Notes under the pieces: generated by a model | The model's input: only the letters and a program-made list of their open reading frames with translations | What the model was told of the DNA's origin: nothing | Database searches by the model: none | Translations under genes and position numbers: made by a program | In this document: positions 18,044 to 28,715 of the stretch, piece by piece | Layout: the number at the start of each line of letters is the position of its first letter | How positions within the stretch are numbered: position 1 is the stretch's first letter | Sequence record: MW748999.1 | DNA length: 64,000 nt | Origin: Escherichia phage vB_EcoM_Skers | Reading direction: 5' to 3' (one strand)

Positions 18044-20722
18044 TTAAATGTCAAACAGGTCAGTCAGAGAAGCAACTTTTTCATATTGCAGCTTTGCAGC
18101 CGTGGTAATGTTCTCCAGTGGTTTGACGAAAGTCTTATTAAACAACAAAGGCCAGTCCAACCACTTCAACACCTCTGATTCAATTTCTGGCGGAATACGA
18201 GTACCGGACAACCAACCAAAACAGATTTCTCCAAACGGATTTCGATCTTTAAGCGGTACAATCATAACCTTCTCGCCTTCACGAATCGGATCTAGTCCGA
18301 ATTTTCGAGCATTACGATTATAACACAATACACTCTTAACCGCATACGGACAACCCTTAATCGGATACCCGTTTGAATCGCTGTATTTCTGTAGGTTGTT
18401 TGCAGATGATACCGCAGCAACCTCAAGATAGTCAAGTTTTCTAAACTCTTGCTCAAAAATACCGTAGTATTCCTGCAATGACTCTTCACCTTCCTGCAAC
18501 ATACGGCGAATACATTCTTTCAGTGATTTCTGACATGCTTTAGGGGTGGAGCTACGTTGCGTTTCCAAGCCCATGATTTTTAGCTTAGGCTCAGCAAAGC
18601 GCGTTCCTTCCATATCCCAAACATTAAGAGCATAACGCTTTTTGCCAGTCCAGAATCCACCGATACCCGCAGATTTCAACGGAGGACCAGCAATTGCCTC
18701 ACGGTCCATAAACATCAAGTGCTCATAGTTGTTCATGTACTCGCATAACTCGCGATATCCCTTGTCGATAATCGGTTCCATTCTATGTTTACCGAAATTA
18801 TCAAGGAAGTCAACAAGTTTTTCGGTATCGTCGAAACGATCTTCCCCGCCAACCTTATCAACAACATTGTTAACCAGCACATAAACGGAGTCAGTATCAC
18901 AATAACGAACATATGCAAAATCAGTTGTTCCGCAAAGCTCGTTTAAGTATTCGTTAATCTTGCGCTCAATCCACTGAATTGCAAGCTGACCGAACAAGGT
19001 GATCGCACTAGCGTTGCGGAGATCATAAAAACGGAATTTAGGATTCCCCAACGCACCATAAAGGGAGTTGATCAAAACTTTTCGAGAAAGCTGGTTTGTA
19101 TTGCACAAGATCGACTCGTCTTTACATTCTTCCAGCAATTTCTCTAAGGCATCTTTACTTAATTCAGAAAGCATCGATTTAAACGCTTCATCGAAGTCGT
19201 GACGTACTTCAACGCTATAGCTAATGGTTCCCCCATAAACATGATTTTCATCGTGTAGAATCGCTTTACAGAGTTCAGCATTGCGATCACATGCCAACAT
19301 CATGTTTTTGTACTGCTTACGCTGATCGAATACCTTTTTAATCTCAATAGGTACGATACCGTGAATATCTTTTCTATACATCCATCCGTTAGGCGAGCAA
19401 GAATACTCATCACTCGGACGTGGTGCAGTTTTATTGATATACTCGTGCATCGGTGCAGCATCAAAAGATCCGGCGATTGTTTCCGGCGAAATGTTAACCT
19501 GTCGAATAATAGATGGATACAGACTTGTTAGGTCAAAGCTCATCATCCAACGGTAAGCATTCGGCACAGGTTCTTTTACAAATGCGCCTGGATACGTCTG
19601 CTTAGGATGTATCTTATTTTCCGGTACTACTTTACCCTCAGCTTTCAGAGATCCGAAGATAATAGCATCCCATACTTTCATCGGGTTATAAACATGGTTA
19701 AATTTAATCTTTGCATAGAAACATAGGCTATACACCAGATCGATAAATCCGCGCTTTTTATCAATCGCCAGCACACGATCAACGTCGCCGATGTTATAAT
19801 CGATGTAAAGTTGATGGTTGTCATCACGCAATTTCTTTAACGGACCATCATAATCAACCTTACCGATTCCGGTCTCATATTCAGCAACATAATCTAATGC
19901 ATATGTTGGTTGAGTCGTAAAGCTAAACTTCTTGTACAGGTCAATATAATCAAGGCTTTCGATCCCCATGATCGTAAATGCTTCACGCTCGTTGCCAAAA
20001 TCATCCTGTGAGATTCGGGATTTAATCTTACCGCACGGGCTTAGACGGTTTGCCGTTCGACTTCCAAACTTATTCCCGATACGTTTAATGATATATGGAA
20101 TATCGAATGTTTCTGTGTTCCAGCCAGTGAAACCAACGGGTCGGTTTTCCTCAAAGAATCGGATGTATTCTAACAGCAATTCATCTTCTGTGTCATAGAC
20201 GTTATAAACAACGCGCTCTACAATATCAGGTCGAAGAATAGACTTGCTAGATTCCCAGATTTCACCGTTTTTTCCTTTCAAATCAAATACAAAGAAACGA
20301 TCATGTACGGAATCATAATGCGTAATTGCATCGATAGGATATTTCGCTTCTTCTGGTTTAGGAAATTCTGGGGCAGTGACCTCAATATCAACCCATGCTA
20401 CACGGATTTTATTTCGGTCATATCGAATCTCGCCTTTATATGTATCGGACAGATAGGAGATGATAAAATCATCCATCCCTAGTGCCTCCTGCCCCATTTC
20501 TCCCATCTTTTTACGCCATTTGTTGGCCTCGTTCATAGATGGGAATTTTTTAGCAATGCAAGGCTTGCCGTAGATATCTTTATAATTCGTAACCATACCA
20601 GGCGCGGCATGATGAAATAAAGTTGGCATATATTCAACGTAACGCTCTTGTTCTTGTCCAGCATCATCAATATAACGCTCGTAGATCTTATCACCCACTC
20701 GCTCACATGACAGAAAATACAT
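18044..20722 (-). CDS. 43: DNA polymerase (family B); start at MYFLS, not the upstream ATG of the track ORF
   Basis: Exo motif WVDIEV, pol motifs DLTSLYPSII and CDTDS; AAGGAG SD 9 nt upstream of ATG at 20722. Confidence 0.9.
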   Translation of the reverse strand: MYFLSCERVGDKIYERYIDDAGQEQERYVEYMPTLFHHAAPGMVTNYKDIYGKPCIAKKFPSMNEANKWRKKMGEMGQEALGMDDFIISYLSDTYKGEIRYDRNKIRVAWVDIEVTAPEFPKPEEAKYPIDAITHYDSVHDRFFVFDLKGKNGEIWESSKSILRPDIVERVVYNVYDTEDELLLEYIRFFEENRPVGFTGWNTETFDIPYIIKRIGNKFGSRTANRLSPCGKIKSRISQDDFGNEREAFTIMGIESLDYIDLYKKFSFTTQPTYALDYVAEYETGIGKVDYDGPLKKLRDDNHQLYIDYNIGDVDRVLAIDKKRGFIDLVYSLCFYAKIKFNHVYNPMKVWDAIIFGSLKAEGKVVPENKIHPKQTYPGAFVKEPVPNAYRWMMSFDLTSLYPSIIRQVNISPETIAGSFDAAPMHEYINKTAPRPSDEYSCSPNGWMYRKDIHGIVPIEIKKVFDQRKQYKNMMLACDRNAELCKAILHDENHVYGGTISYSVEVRHDFDEAFKSMLSELSKDALEKLLEECKDESILCNTNQLSRKVLINSLYGALGNPKFRFYDLRNASAITLFGQLAIQWIERKINEYLNELCGTTDFAYVRYCDTDSVYVLVNNVVDKVGGEDRFDDTEKLVDFLDNFGKHRMEPIIDKGYRELCEYMNNYEHLMFMDREAIAGPPLKSAGIGGFWTGKKRYALNVWDMEGTRFAEPKLKIMGLETQRSSTPKACQKSLKECIRRMLQEGEESLQEYYGIFEQEFRKLDYLEVAAVSSANNLQKYSDSNGYPIKGCPYAVKSVLCYNRNARKFGLDPIREGEKVMIVPLKDRNPFGEICFGWLSGTRIPPEIESEVLKWLDWPLLFNKTFVKPLENITTAAKLQYEKVASLTDLFDI

Positions 20723-20754
20723 AATATAAACTCCTTCACTTACGAAAGACACTC

Positions 20755-20783
20755 ATTATAGGGGAATCGACCTAGTTTGTCAA
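20755..20783 (-). promoter_or_regulatory. sigma70-type promoter upstream of gene 43 (TTGACA-17-TATAAT)
   Basis: Reverse complement TTGACAaactaggtcgattccccTATAAT about 30 nt upstream of the gp43 ATG. Confidence 0.5.
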
Positions 20784-20804
20784 TACCCCTATCCCATCAG
20801 TATC

Positions 20805-21167
20805 TTATCGCCCGATCTGATATTTCTCTATCAGCGTCCACTCTTCTTTCTGTTTGAAAGACAGTACACGGAAATTATTAACTTCGGTAGTTTCAAAATC
20901 ACTATCAATCAGGGTACACAGATTCCACTGCGCCAGAAGTTTTGCAATGTTATTACGGCGTAATTCATCTTCCCACGTCATTTTAACACTACGACCATCT
21001 AATTTCAACAACTCCTTGAAATGAACGATGTAATAGCGCCCTTTCTTCTGGAGAATATGACAAGACTGATACAGTGTCTTGTCACGATTGTTGGCAATGC
21101 CGCAGCGGGTTAAAGTTTCCTTAATTTTAAGGAAGTTTTCAGGACTAATCAAATTAATTTCAATCAT
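20805..21167 (-). CDS. regA: RegA translational repressor
   Basis: 120 aa; near-identical blocks to T4 RegA as recalled (KETLTRCGIANN.DK.LYQSCHILQKKG.YYIVHFKE, NNFRVLSFKQK). Confidence 0.9.
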   Translation of the reverse strand: MIEINLISPENFLKIKETLTRCGIANNRDKTLYQSCHILQKKGRYYIVHFKELLKLDGRSVKMTWEDELRRNNIAKLLAQWNLCTLIDSDFETTEVNNFRVLSFKQKEEWTLIEKYQIGR

Positions 21168-21168
21168 T

Positions 21169-21747
21169 TTACCACCTTTCTATAATCTTTTTAAGTCGTT
21201 TCCTTTCTGTCTGATTCTTAGTAACACCCGCCAAAAGTTCATCGGTCGCATACGGTTTAATGTGCTTCAATAACTTGTCCATATATCCCTTTTCATTAGC
21301 CAAATCGAGATAAAACCGGGCGTCATCCATATTTACACAATATGCTTTCGCCACTGCCATTAAAACCAATTTTTGGTCCAATTCTTCTGTTAGTTTAGCC
21401 CATTTACCGTATCGTTTCCCCTTAGAAATACTCTGTAAGAGATAATCAAAATGCATTTGATCTGGGAGGCCATGACCGATTAAATTCATCACATACGCGC
21501 TATATAGGCAATCTGCGTGCTGGGAAAGAGCGGTATTAATCCATCTCTGATTGTATGCAGAATTATTCCCAACATTCACGCGCTGTTTATCTAAGGTGAT
21601 ATGATCCATCAGAGCAAATAATGCATTGTCGGTTTTCTCGGTGAATGTATCCGCTAATTCAGACACCTTTTCCCAATCACGAGAGCGCCATGCAATTTCA
21701 TGCTCGTTTAATTGTGTATCATCTTCACCGAAAAATTGACCTAACAT
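21169..21747 (-). CDS. 62: clamp-loader small subunit
   Basis: 192 aa; position between gene 44 and regA with overlapping stop/start. Confidence 0.7.
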   Translation of the reverse strand: MLGQFFGEDDTQLNEHEIAWRSRDWEKVSELADTFTEKTDNALFALMDHITLDKQRVNVGNNSAYNQRWINTALSQHADCLYSAYVMNLIGHGLPDQMHFDYLLQSISKGKRYGKWAKLTEELDQKLVLMAVAKAYCVNMDDARFYLDLANEKGYMDKLLKHIKPYATDELLAGVTKNQTERKRLKKIIERW

Positions 21748-22721
21748 TATACGAACTCCAATTCAACCATTAATTGCATTAACAAAAAGACAATGTGAAT
21801 CTCTTTATCAGCCGCGTGCGCAAACATCTGATTATTTTCACCGATAATCTCGGTCAGACGAATAATCGACGCTGGCTTAACTTGAGTATACAACTCATTA
21901 TAAAGTTTCTTGATAAATTGAGGGTATGTATTGGTATATCGCGGTGCAAGTTTACGCACATTAGCAAACTGTTTAGTTTTCAGTGCTTCCACCACATCGG
22001 TTACTTCGGTATTGCTACTTTCGATAACCATGCTCAATACGCCAGCATCAATTTTACCATGTTTAGCGTAGCGGTCCAAAAGTTTCATTACGCGTCGGAA
22101 GTCTGGGAAGTTCTGCTTAACCAATTCCGCTAATACGCGCATTTCTTCTACTGGTACACCTTCTTTATCAAGAATTGCTTTACACCGGACGATCATTTCT
22201 TTCATCATGCGAAGCTGATCATCTTTAGTCGGAGATCCAAACGTGATGGGGTCAAAACGAGATCGTAACGCTGGGATAATACCTTCTAGATCGTTTGCTG
22301 TGATAATGAATGTTACATTGTTTGAGTATGCCTCAGAGAAACTACGCAAGTGTCTTTGAGCGTCAGCCAACCCCGCTCGGTCATACTCATCGATAATAAC
22401 AACTTTGCCTTTTTCTCGTTTTTCTTCATCGAGTGATACACTCTGCGCAAAGCGTGTAATCTCATCGCGGATAAAATCAATCTTACAATCTGCGCCGTTA
22501 ACAAACAGATAATCAACACCCACATCTTCGCAAAGCGCCTTAGCAACGGTTGTTTTACCAGTACCCGGCGATGGGCTATGCAGGATCATAGAAGGGATTC
22601 GGCCTTGCTTAACAATCTGCGCGAAGATCTTTTTATCTGCTTCCGGCAGAATACATTCAGAAATTGATTTCGGACGGTATTTCTGTTCCCACTGAAACTC
22701 ATTTTCATTAACACTCAGCAT
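21747..22721 (-). CDS. 44: clamp-loader ATPase (RFC-like); start at MLSVNENEF
   Basis: EQKYRP...ILHSPSPGTGKTTVAKALC matches T4 gp44; GAGGTGA SD upstream of ATG at 22721. Confidence 0.9.
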   Translation of the reverse strand: MLSVNENEFQWEQKYRPKSISECILPEADKKIFAQIVKQGRIPSMILHSPSPGTGKTTVAKALCEDVGVDYLFVNGADCKIDFIRDEITRFAQSVSLDEEKREKGKVVIIDEYDRAGLADAQRHLRSFSEAYSNNVTFIITANDLEGIIPALRSRFDPITFGSPTKDDQLRMMKEMIVRCKAILDKEGVPVEEMRVLAELVKQNFPDFRRVMKLLDRYAKHGKIDAGVLSMVIESSNTEVTDVVEALKTKQFANVRKLAPRYTNTYPQFIKKLYNELYTQVKPASIIRLTEIIGENNQMFAHAADKEIHIVFLLMQLMVELEFV

Positions 22722-22786
22722 ATAATCACCTCTCACAAATTACATCATTAAAACGGGGAGTATTTACACTCCCCACAAACATTATA

Positions 22787-23476
22787 TTAGTCGGTGTAGC
22801 TGGAGTCAAGGTCACACGCGATCATATAAGATACGGTTTCACTTGCCAGCCATACAGCCTTACGGCGAGTGAAGCTCAGTTTGTAATCGCCGAAGTCAGT
22901 AGCAACCAGTTTCATGTTATCTTTACGAATAAAGAAATGGAAGTCGGCGGTTCCGGCATATTCGCCCATGTCAAGACAAAACATCTCATTAGGATTATTT
23001 TTGTCAATCTCTTCCCAACCTTTGATCATCAGACGACCATCAATCGGAAGAAATTCAAGGCGGTCCACTTTAAGCTGATTGCTCATTTTCATAAGCTGTT
23101 TCAGATCGTCGTTGCTCAGTTCGTAATCTACATCGCTTGCAGGTGGAGTAACTCGGCCTTTCGGTGATACGATAGCAGCAGCACTAGCACCAGGATAATT
23201 AATTTTCAGACGATCATTAGACACACGAATGTTTCCGGTGCGGTTATCAACCGTAATATCTGCTTCATCGCCTACCAGATTCAGAATACCCAAGAAAGAG
23301 TTAAGATCATAGATCCCAATTTCGTGTTCCAGTTCTTGATTCAGAGTCGCTTCACCATATACAACGTTTGTCATGTTTTTGGTGATCAGGACGTTTCCTT
23401 TTTTCAGGATGATACCTGGGTTAATAGCGGAAAAGTTTTTCAGGGTAGCAATGGTTTCTTTAGTCAGTTTCATCAA
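22787..23476 (-). CDS. 45: sliding clamp
   Basis: 229 aa; N-terminus KLTKETIATLKNFSAINPGI and IYDLNSFLGIL match T4 gp45 as recalled. Confidence 0.85.
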   Translation of the reverse strand: MMKLTKETIATLKNFSAINPGIILKKGNVLITKNMTNVVYGEATLNQELEHEIGIYDLNSFLGILNLVGDEADITVDNRTGNIRVSNDRLKINYPGASAAAIVSPKGRVTPPASDVDYELSNDDLKQLMKMSNQLKVDRLEFLPIDGRLMIKGWEEIDKNNPNEMFCLDMGEYAGTADFHFFIRKDNMKLVATDFGDYKLSFTRRKAVWLASETVSYMIACDLDSSYTD

Positions 23477-23503
23477 ATCACCTTTATCATGTTAATCAAT
23501 TAA

Positions 23504-23902
23504 TTACGGGTTTACTTCGTGCTCATTTTGAATCTTTAGCATTCTTTCGATAAATTTTTTCTCGGCTTCCTTATCGGATGAGTGAGTATACTTCAATCCA
23601 ATGTAAGCTGTCAAGTATTGTTGCAGAGCATAGACAGTAACAGGATTCTTTGCGGTCTTTTTTCCGTCGAGATATACCAGATCACCACGAACATCAAACG
23701 CAAGTTTACGACGAATCACATCATCAACAAATTTATCTAGGACAAAATACCACTCAATACACTCTATCCCGTGACGGTAGTTCATTACATCATTATCTTT
23801 GATATAGTCAAACGGAATATGACATAATTTACTATTTTGTAGGATGAATAGCATTTGTTCTTTTAAGCTCATACGTTTCATTCTATCACTTCCCATCAGC
23901 AA
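23504..23902 (-). CDS. hypothetical protein (RpbA position)
   Basis: 132-aa ORF upstream of gene 45; synteny only. Confidence 0.35.
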   Translation of the reverse strand: MLMGSDRMKRMSLKEQMLFILQNSKLCHIPFDYIKDNDVMNYRHGIECIEWYFVLDKFVDDVIRRKLAFDVRGDLVYLDGKKTAKNPVTVYALQQYLTAYIGLKYTHSSDKEAEKKFIERMLKIQNEHEVNP

Positions 23903-24278
23903 TTGCGATCAGACGAGTTACTACTACGCTAGCGGCTTCAATCAGCAGTTCATCAGTGTCAATCTGATAACCCTTTTCGAGAATATCTTTACCTCGAATA
24001 GTTTTAGCGCCTTTAGCAATTGAATCATCGTAATACTTGCGCATTGCCGCGATCCATTCTTTTTGCACCATATCATCAATATGCGCGTACAGTTCAAAGC
24101 GTGCTTGCTGCGGGATAACCTTCATTTTAGCTTTCTCGCTTTCCGGCATTTGTAGTACCCACGCTTTACGGATCTTGTTCATTGCTCGGTCAAATTCGAG
24201 ACTGGTTTTCTTGTTCTGAATGTCTGCTACAGTAATTTTAGCCAGGTTTGCGGAATTAGTCATAATATTAATCTCCAA
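23886..24278 (-). CDS. hypothetical protein
   Basis: 130-aa minus-strand ORF. Confidence 0.4.
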   Translation of the reverse strand: MEINIMTNSANLAKITVADIQNKKTSLEFDRAMNKIRKAWVLQMPESEKAKMKVIPQQARFELYAHIDDMVQKEWIAAMRKYYDDSIAKGAKTIRGKDILEKGYQIDTDELLIEAASVVVTRLIAIADGK

Positions 24279-24292
24279 ATAAAATCAGTATA

Positions 24293-24523
24293 TCACGTTC
24301 TAAAGTTTGTTGCAACCCCAGCATCAGGGTAATCAAGTTTATCAAAGTTGGGGACCAGCATAAACTCATGATGACGGCAAGACAACATTTTTGTTATGTC
24401 TTCATCGCTGTATATGCTGTTTTTCATATCCCCCATACTAACTACATATTCTTCACCGGAATATAGATTGATTAAGGTATACAATTCTAACTCCGGCTGC
24501 GTTACTCTGTCAAATGTTAACAT
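24293..24523 (-). CDS. hypothetical small protein
   Basis: 76-aa minus-strand ORF. Confidence 0.35.
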   Translation of the reverse strand: MLTFDRVTQPELELYTLINLYSGEEYVVSMGDMKNSIYSDEDITKMLSCRHHEFMLVPNFDKLDYPDAGVATNFRT

Positions 24524-26192
24524 TCATTTCAGTGAATCGCCCACGTTTAACCATCTTGAGATGACGGCTAAAATCATCAGGGTTATGGTCACGATGGCTG
24601 ATAATATACACGTTATCATCTAACTTGTCAATGATGGAATCAAGTGCTTTTACGCCTTGAACGTCCGTAGCCCCATCATAAATTTCGTCGAGTACCAACA
24701 AAGAAATATTAGTACCAGATACTTTACCAGCAACATCACGCCATGTAAAGAGCATCGCAAGGTCAATACGTGCTTTTTCGCCTTGACTGAATGATGTATA
24801 CGAAAACGATTCACGCCCCCGTGATTTGATTGTTTCGTTAAACTCTTCATCTAGCGTAAAGATATAATCCGCTTCCATGATATCTAGATAATACGCAATC
24901 CGATCATTGAAATATGGAATATATTTCTTGACGATAGACGCCTTAACACCGGAATCCTTCAACATTTCTGTTACAAATCCACGATGATATTTTTCAAGAA
25001 CTAGCTTTGATTTTTCATTAGTAATCTCTACCAGTTCGTGTTCCAGTTTAGCAAGTTCTTCGGAATTGTCAACCCTTTCTTTTTGTAATTCCTGAATTGC
25101 TTTCTGGATCTGTTTAGCCCGACCTACAGATGCCGTTAAATTCGCTCTCTGTGACTCTATAGCGCGTTTAATTTCCAAGACCTTAGTTTGTGCTGTCTGG
25201 AAAGAATTGGCCTTCTCCGCGTATTCTACGCGTTTCTCGTCAATCAGAGACAGTTTATGTTCTGCTTGTGCTTTTTGTTCGCGTACAGCTTGATCATTAC
25301 CTTGAATGATCGGTTGTGTGCACGTAGGACAGACCCCGCCTTTCTCATGCATATGAATAACACGGTCAAAGTTCTGGATCTGCGCACCAATCTGTGCGAT
25401 AGCCGTATTAATTTTAGCCAATGCCGCGCTAGGATCTTCCGGCATAACAACAGCCAATAGCTCATCGGTCAAGCGCGTTTCTTCGGCTTTAAATGCTTTA
25501 GCCGATTCTACCTCTTTATCATACATATTCTGTAAACGCTGGATATTCTCGGCACTCGCCTTGCTAGCGTCTTCTATGTACTTTTTATGAGTGTTGATTT
25601 GTTGCTGAACGTGATTAGCTTTCATTTCCTGCATTTGGATATTCTGGGTAATCTCGCGCACATACGCTTTATTCAGTTTATCCATTTCGCCTAGCGTAGC
25701 AATATCAAGCAAATCCTCTACCAGTTTACGGCGACCCGCTGCCGGAAGACTCATAAACGGAACATAACCAGCAGTGCCTAAAACAACGATCTGTTTGAAG
25801 CTGGCTAGGTTCATGCCTATGATACCTTCAAAATATTCCTGAAAGTCTTTGGTGCTTGCGCTCTCGTCGATCTTTTGACCGTCGCGATGCACTTCGAATA
25901 CTTCCGGCTTTTGACCACGTTTGATATAAAACTCTTTCCCGTCCAGTTCAAACCAGACTTCGACTAACAGTTTCTTTTTGTTGACGCTGTTAATCAATTG
26001 GCCTTTCTTGATACTACGAAACGGTTTACCGAACAACACAAAGCAAAGCGCCTCGATCATGGTCGATTTACCAGCACCGTTAACACCAGTGATTAGTGTC
26101 TTTTTGAATCCGTCTAGCTGAATCTCAACAGGTTCAGCACCCACGCTCATTATATTTTGATAGCGCAAGGTTTTAAAATTTAACTTTGCCAT
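24510..26192 (-). CDS. 46: recombination nuclease subunit (Rad50/SbcC-like ATPase); start at MAKLNFKTL
   Basis: Walker A GVNGAGKST; N-terminal block matches T4 gp46; coiled-coil middle; CPTC zinc hook. Confidence 0.85.
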   Translation of the reverse strand: MAKLNFKTLRYQNIMSVGAEPVEIQLDGFKKTLITGVNGAGKSTMIEALCFVLFGKPFRSIKKGQLINSVNKKKLLVEVWFELDGKEFYIKRGQKPEVFEVHRDGQKIDESASTKDFQEYFEGIIGMNLASFKQIVVLGTAGYVPFMSLPAAGRRKLVEDLLDIATLGEMDKLNKAYVREITQNIQMQEMKANHVQQQINTHKKYIEDASKASAENIQRLQNMYDKEVESAKAFKAEETRLTDELLAVVMPEDPSAALAKINTAIAQIGAQIQNFDRVIHMHEKGGVCPTCTQPIIQGNDQAVREQKAQAEHKLSLIDEKRVEYAEKANSFQTAQTKVLEIKRAIESQRANLTASVGRAKQIQKAIQELQKERVDNSEELAKLEHELVEITNEKSKLVLEKYHRGFVTEMLKDSGVKASIVKKYIPYFNDRIAYYLDIMEADYIFTLDEEFNETIKSRGRESFSYTSFSQGEKARIDLAMLFTWRDVAGKVSGTNISLLVLDEIYDGATDVQGVKALDSIIDKLDDNVYIISHRDHNPDDFSRHLKMVKRGRFTEMNVNI

Positions 26193-26436
26193 TAATCCAC
26201 TCCGCAATCACACATTCCATAATATTAAATGCTAACACATCTTCATCAATGTTGTAAACACTTGCTGCCTTCACTTTAACTAATGTGTCTCTGCGATCTG
26301 GCAGCATGATCACATAATCCAGTGTCGCAGGATCATATGTCATAAAGGGATCAATGTAAACCCCTTTATTCAGTGCCAGATATTCGCGAAGACCTTCTAT
26401 AACCCTATGTCTAAGGTAGGTCATCGATAGAATCAT
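26173..26436 (-). CDS. hypothetical protein
   Basis: 87-aa minus-strand ORF. Confidence 0.4.
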   Translation of the reverse strand: MILSMTYLRHRVIEGLREYLALNKGVYIDPFMTYDPATLDYVIMLPDRRDTLVKVKAASVYNIDEDVLAFNIMECVIAEWINGKVKF

Positions 26437-27029
26437 TTTAGTTTATGTTCCTCTAAAAATTCTTCAATTTCACCTTGCAGGTCTTCCGCTTGCTGTTCCA
26501 GAATATCGCGAAATTCACCTACAGTCAAGCGGTAATCACATTTCACCAGTCGATGCGGGAGAATATACCCTTTATACATTGTCTCTGACGCTTCCAGGAA
26601 TACCCCACTATGCATGACAGAGATCCAACCTGTTAACGTCAATGGAGTATTCGGAAAATAATACTTGCTGGATTGTTTCCACTGTACGAAAGCACCATAT
26701 ACAATCGGATTATATTCACCAACCACACTCTTAATAATGGATTCTACTTTGTCTTTTACAAAGTCGCCAATGTCCATAGTTACCATCAAATCCTGTGGAT
26801 GAATCACTTTAAGGTAACGACGATAACCGTCATCATACCACATCTTAACCACTGGCTGACCCCACATTTTAGCAATACGCGCTTTCAGATAGCCATAGAT
26901 CGGATTCTTGTAATATGATTGTTTTAGTGTGTATGTGTGCACCAATTTAATAAAATGTTCCATTACCAGCAAATCAGAATCAGCCGCGACCATAGTCGTA
27001 TTCATAATATGTTCCTCGTTCAATCTCAT
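26433..27029 (-). CDS. hypothetical protein (start probably internal Met)
   Basis: 198-aa minus-strand ORF between genes 46 and 47. Confidence 0.4.
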   Translation of the reverse strand: MRLNEEHIMNTTMVAADSDLLVMEHFIKLVHTYTLKQSYYKNPIYGYLKARIAKMWGQPVVKMWYDDGYRRYLKVIHPQDLMVTMDIGDFVKDKVESIIKSVVGEYNPIVYGAFVQWKQSSKYYFPNTPLTLTGWISVMHSGVFLEASETMYKGYILPHRLVKCDYRLTVGEFRDILEQQAEDLQGEIEEFLEEHKLK

Positions 27030-27297
27030 ATTGTTTCAGGTCTTCTAAAAGTTCATCCACTGCTTGTTTCAGCACATGACGCAGCGTAAAGTAATAACTT
27101 TCATCAAATTCTATTTCCGCGCGAGGAATAGAGCGAAACTTACACTTAACAGTAGTATCGGTGAGTCGCTTTTCGACCATCATCCGAACTTCTTCATGCT
27201 CTTTGGAATACCATACATCAACGGAGATCCCCTTACGTCGAGCAAACATAGGCAACGCTGAATTAAATTCCATTACTTTTTGTGCAAGTGTTTTCAT
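26980..27297 (-). CDS. hypothetical protein
   Basis: 105-aa minus-strand ORF. Confidence 0.4.
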   Translation of the reverse strand: MKTLAQKVMEFNSALPMFARRKGISVDVWYSKEHEEVRMMVEKRLTDTTVKCKFRSIPRAEIEFDESYYFTLRHVLKQAVDELLEDLKQYEIERGTYYEYDYGRG

Positions 27298-27557
27298 CGT
27301 ACAGACTCCATAGATCCACGCGCAATAACATTCTGGGTAATATCAGCAACCTTACGGGATACGATGTTTGTTAGCCCCTCTTTGGTGATATTTTCACGAT
27401 CAAATGGGATTTCGTCATGAGTCCACAAACCATAGTTAGACCGAAATGATAGCATATACTGACCATCTCGCACAACCTCAAATACATGGATCTTAGTGAA
27501 TTTCGATAAACCTTCGTTGATTTCTTTCAGTGCATTAGTAATCATAACAACCTCCAA
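27294..27557 (-). CDS. hypothetical protein
   Basis: 87-aa ORF; GGAGG SD. Confidence 0.4.
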   Translation of the reverse strand: MEVVMITNALKEINEGLSKFTKIHVFEVVRDGQYMLSFRSNYGLWTHDEIPFDRENITKEGLTNIVSRKVADITQNVIARGSMESVR

Positions 27558-27571
27558 TCAATTTTTAGAGA

Positions 27572-27599
27572 GTATAACGGGGATTTCTCCCCGCGTCAA
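27572..27599 (-). promoter_or_regulatory. promoter candidate (TTGACG-16-TATACT) with GGGGA/TCCCC hairpin in the spacer
   Basis: Motifs read on the minus strand upstream of ORF starting at 27557. Confidence 0.35.
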
Positions 27600-28625
27600 C
27601 TAACTTTTTGCGCTATTTACTTCGGCTAAAAGTTCATCAGAAATACGCTTGACCGCCGCAAGTTCTTCCGGTTCTAGGTTTTGTTCTTCCAGATATTCAT
27701 AGACCATCTGAATAGTGCTTTTAACTTCAATAACACCTGTTTCCTGTGATGCGCTACTCTCCAGCTTATGGACCACTTTTAGCTTGTGCACAACGGACTC
27801 TAACGCGCTTTCTAACTTAGTTAACCCATTATCAGCGACCGTTGCGATAAGACGCACACTAAGCCCTTTAAAGCGTTCTACGTCGATTTTATCATCTGAC
27901 GGGTAAGTGATACGCACATGATAAGTTTTGTCATTCTGAATAAACTCTTTTTTGTGTGTATCGGTATCGAATACCCAAAAACCACGAGGGTCGTTTTCGT
28001 CACCCGCCGTTAGTGTGTATGGTGTACCGATATATGTTACGTTACCGCCATCGCTGATAGTATGAAAATGACCGGAAAACACTTCACGGTATTTCTTTAG
28101 GAAGTCCGCGCTATAACCTTCGGATTTTAGTCCTTTATAGAAATAGTAGCCAGACAATTCCCAATGGCCTACACAATATTCACTGAATGAGTTTTGAATA
28201 AACTCTAAAATCTCTGATTTATTGTCATCACAAAACCACGGGAACAGATCAAATGATACACCATCAAAGGTAACTGTTTCCGGTTTATCGATAACCTTAA
28301 TGCAATCATACTGGCTTAACACTTCACGCGGTGCGTTAGGCTGGATCTTGTTTCGTTTAAACATATCATGATTCCCGACCGTGGTATAACAAGTAATATC
28401 AGCCTCTTCCAGTAACGGGATGACCTTAGTACGGTTAAATTTCATGGTTTCATGGGTAATTGCTTTTCGGCAATCAAACCAATCCCCTGTTTGAATCCAT
28501 GTCTTAATATTATGCTCTTTGGAGTATTCAACCGCTTTCTTGATGGTATCAAGAATATACTCATGCACCCACGGATCATCGCCACCGATACCAGTATGCA
28601 GATCACCCAAAAGCAAAATTTTCAT
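27600..28625 (-). CDS. 47: recombination nuclease subunit (Mre11/SbcD-like phosphoesterase)
   Basis: 341 aa; MKILLLGDLHTG and GNHD metallophosphoesterase motifs. Confidence 0.85.
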   Translation of the reverse strand: MKILLLGDLHTGIGGDDPWVHEYILDTIKKAVEYSKEHNIKTWIQTGDWFDCRKAITHETMKFNRTKVIPLLEEADITCYTTVGNHDMFKRNKIQPNAPREVLSQYDCIKVIDKPETVTFDGVSFDLFPWFCDDNKSEILEFIQNSFSEYCVGHWELSGYYFYKGLKSEGYSADFLKKYREVFSGHFHTISDGGNVTYIGTPYTLTAGDENDPRGFWVFDTDTHKKEFIQNDKTYHVRITYPSDDKIDVERFKGLSVRLIATVADNGLTKLESALESVVHKLKVVHKLESSASQETGVIEVKSTIQMVYEYLEEQNLEPEELAAVKRISDELLAEVNSAKS

Positions 28626-28715
28626 AGTCTCTTCCTCTCTTCGTTTTCGATGCTCTCACTATATCACAGAAAAATAAAAAGGGAAACCCCTTTCAGAGTC
28701 TCCCTTATAAAGCCA

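Noticed and set aside
20723-20752. N-terminal extensions in the ORF track (gp43 from 20752, gp44 from 22736, gp46 from 26207, family member B4 from 40820, Dps-like from 49097, ORF at 61779, and others)
   Set aside because: Alignment to conserved N-termini and the position of SD sequences and promoter cassettes place the real starts downstream; several extensions would read through the gene's own promoter.
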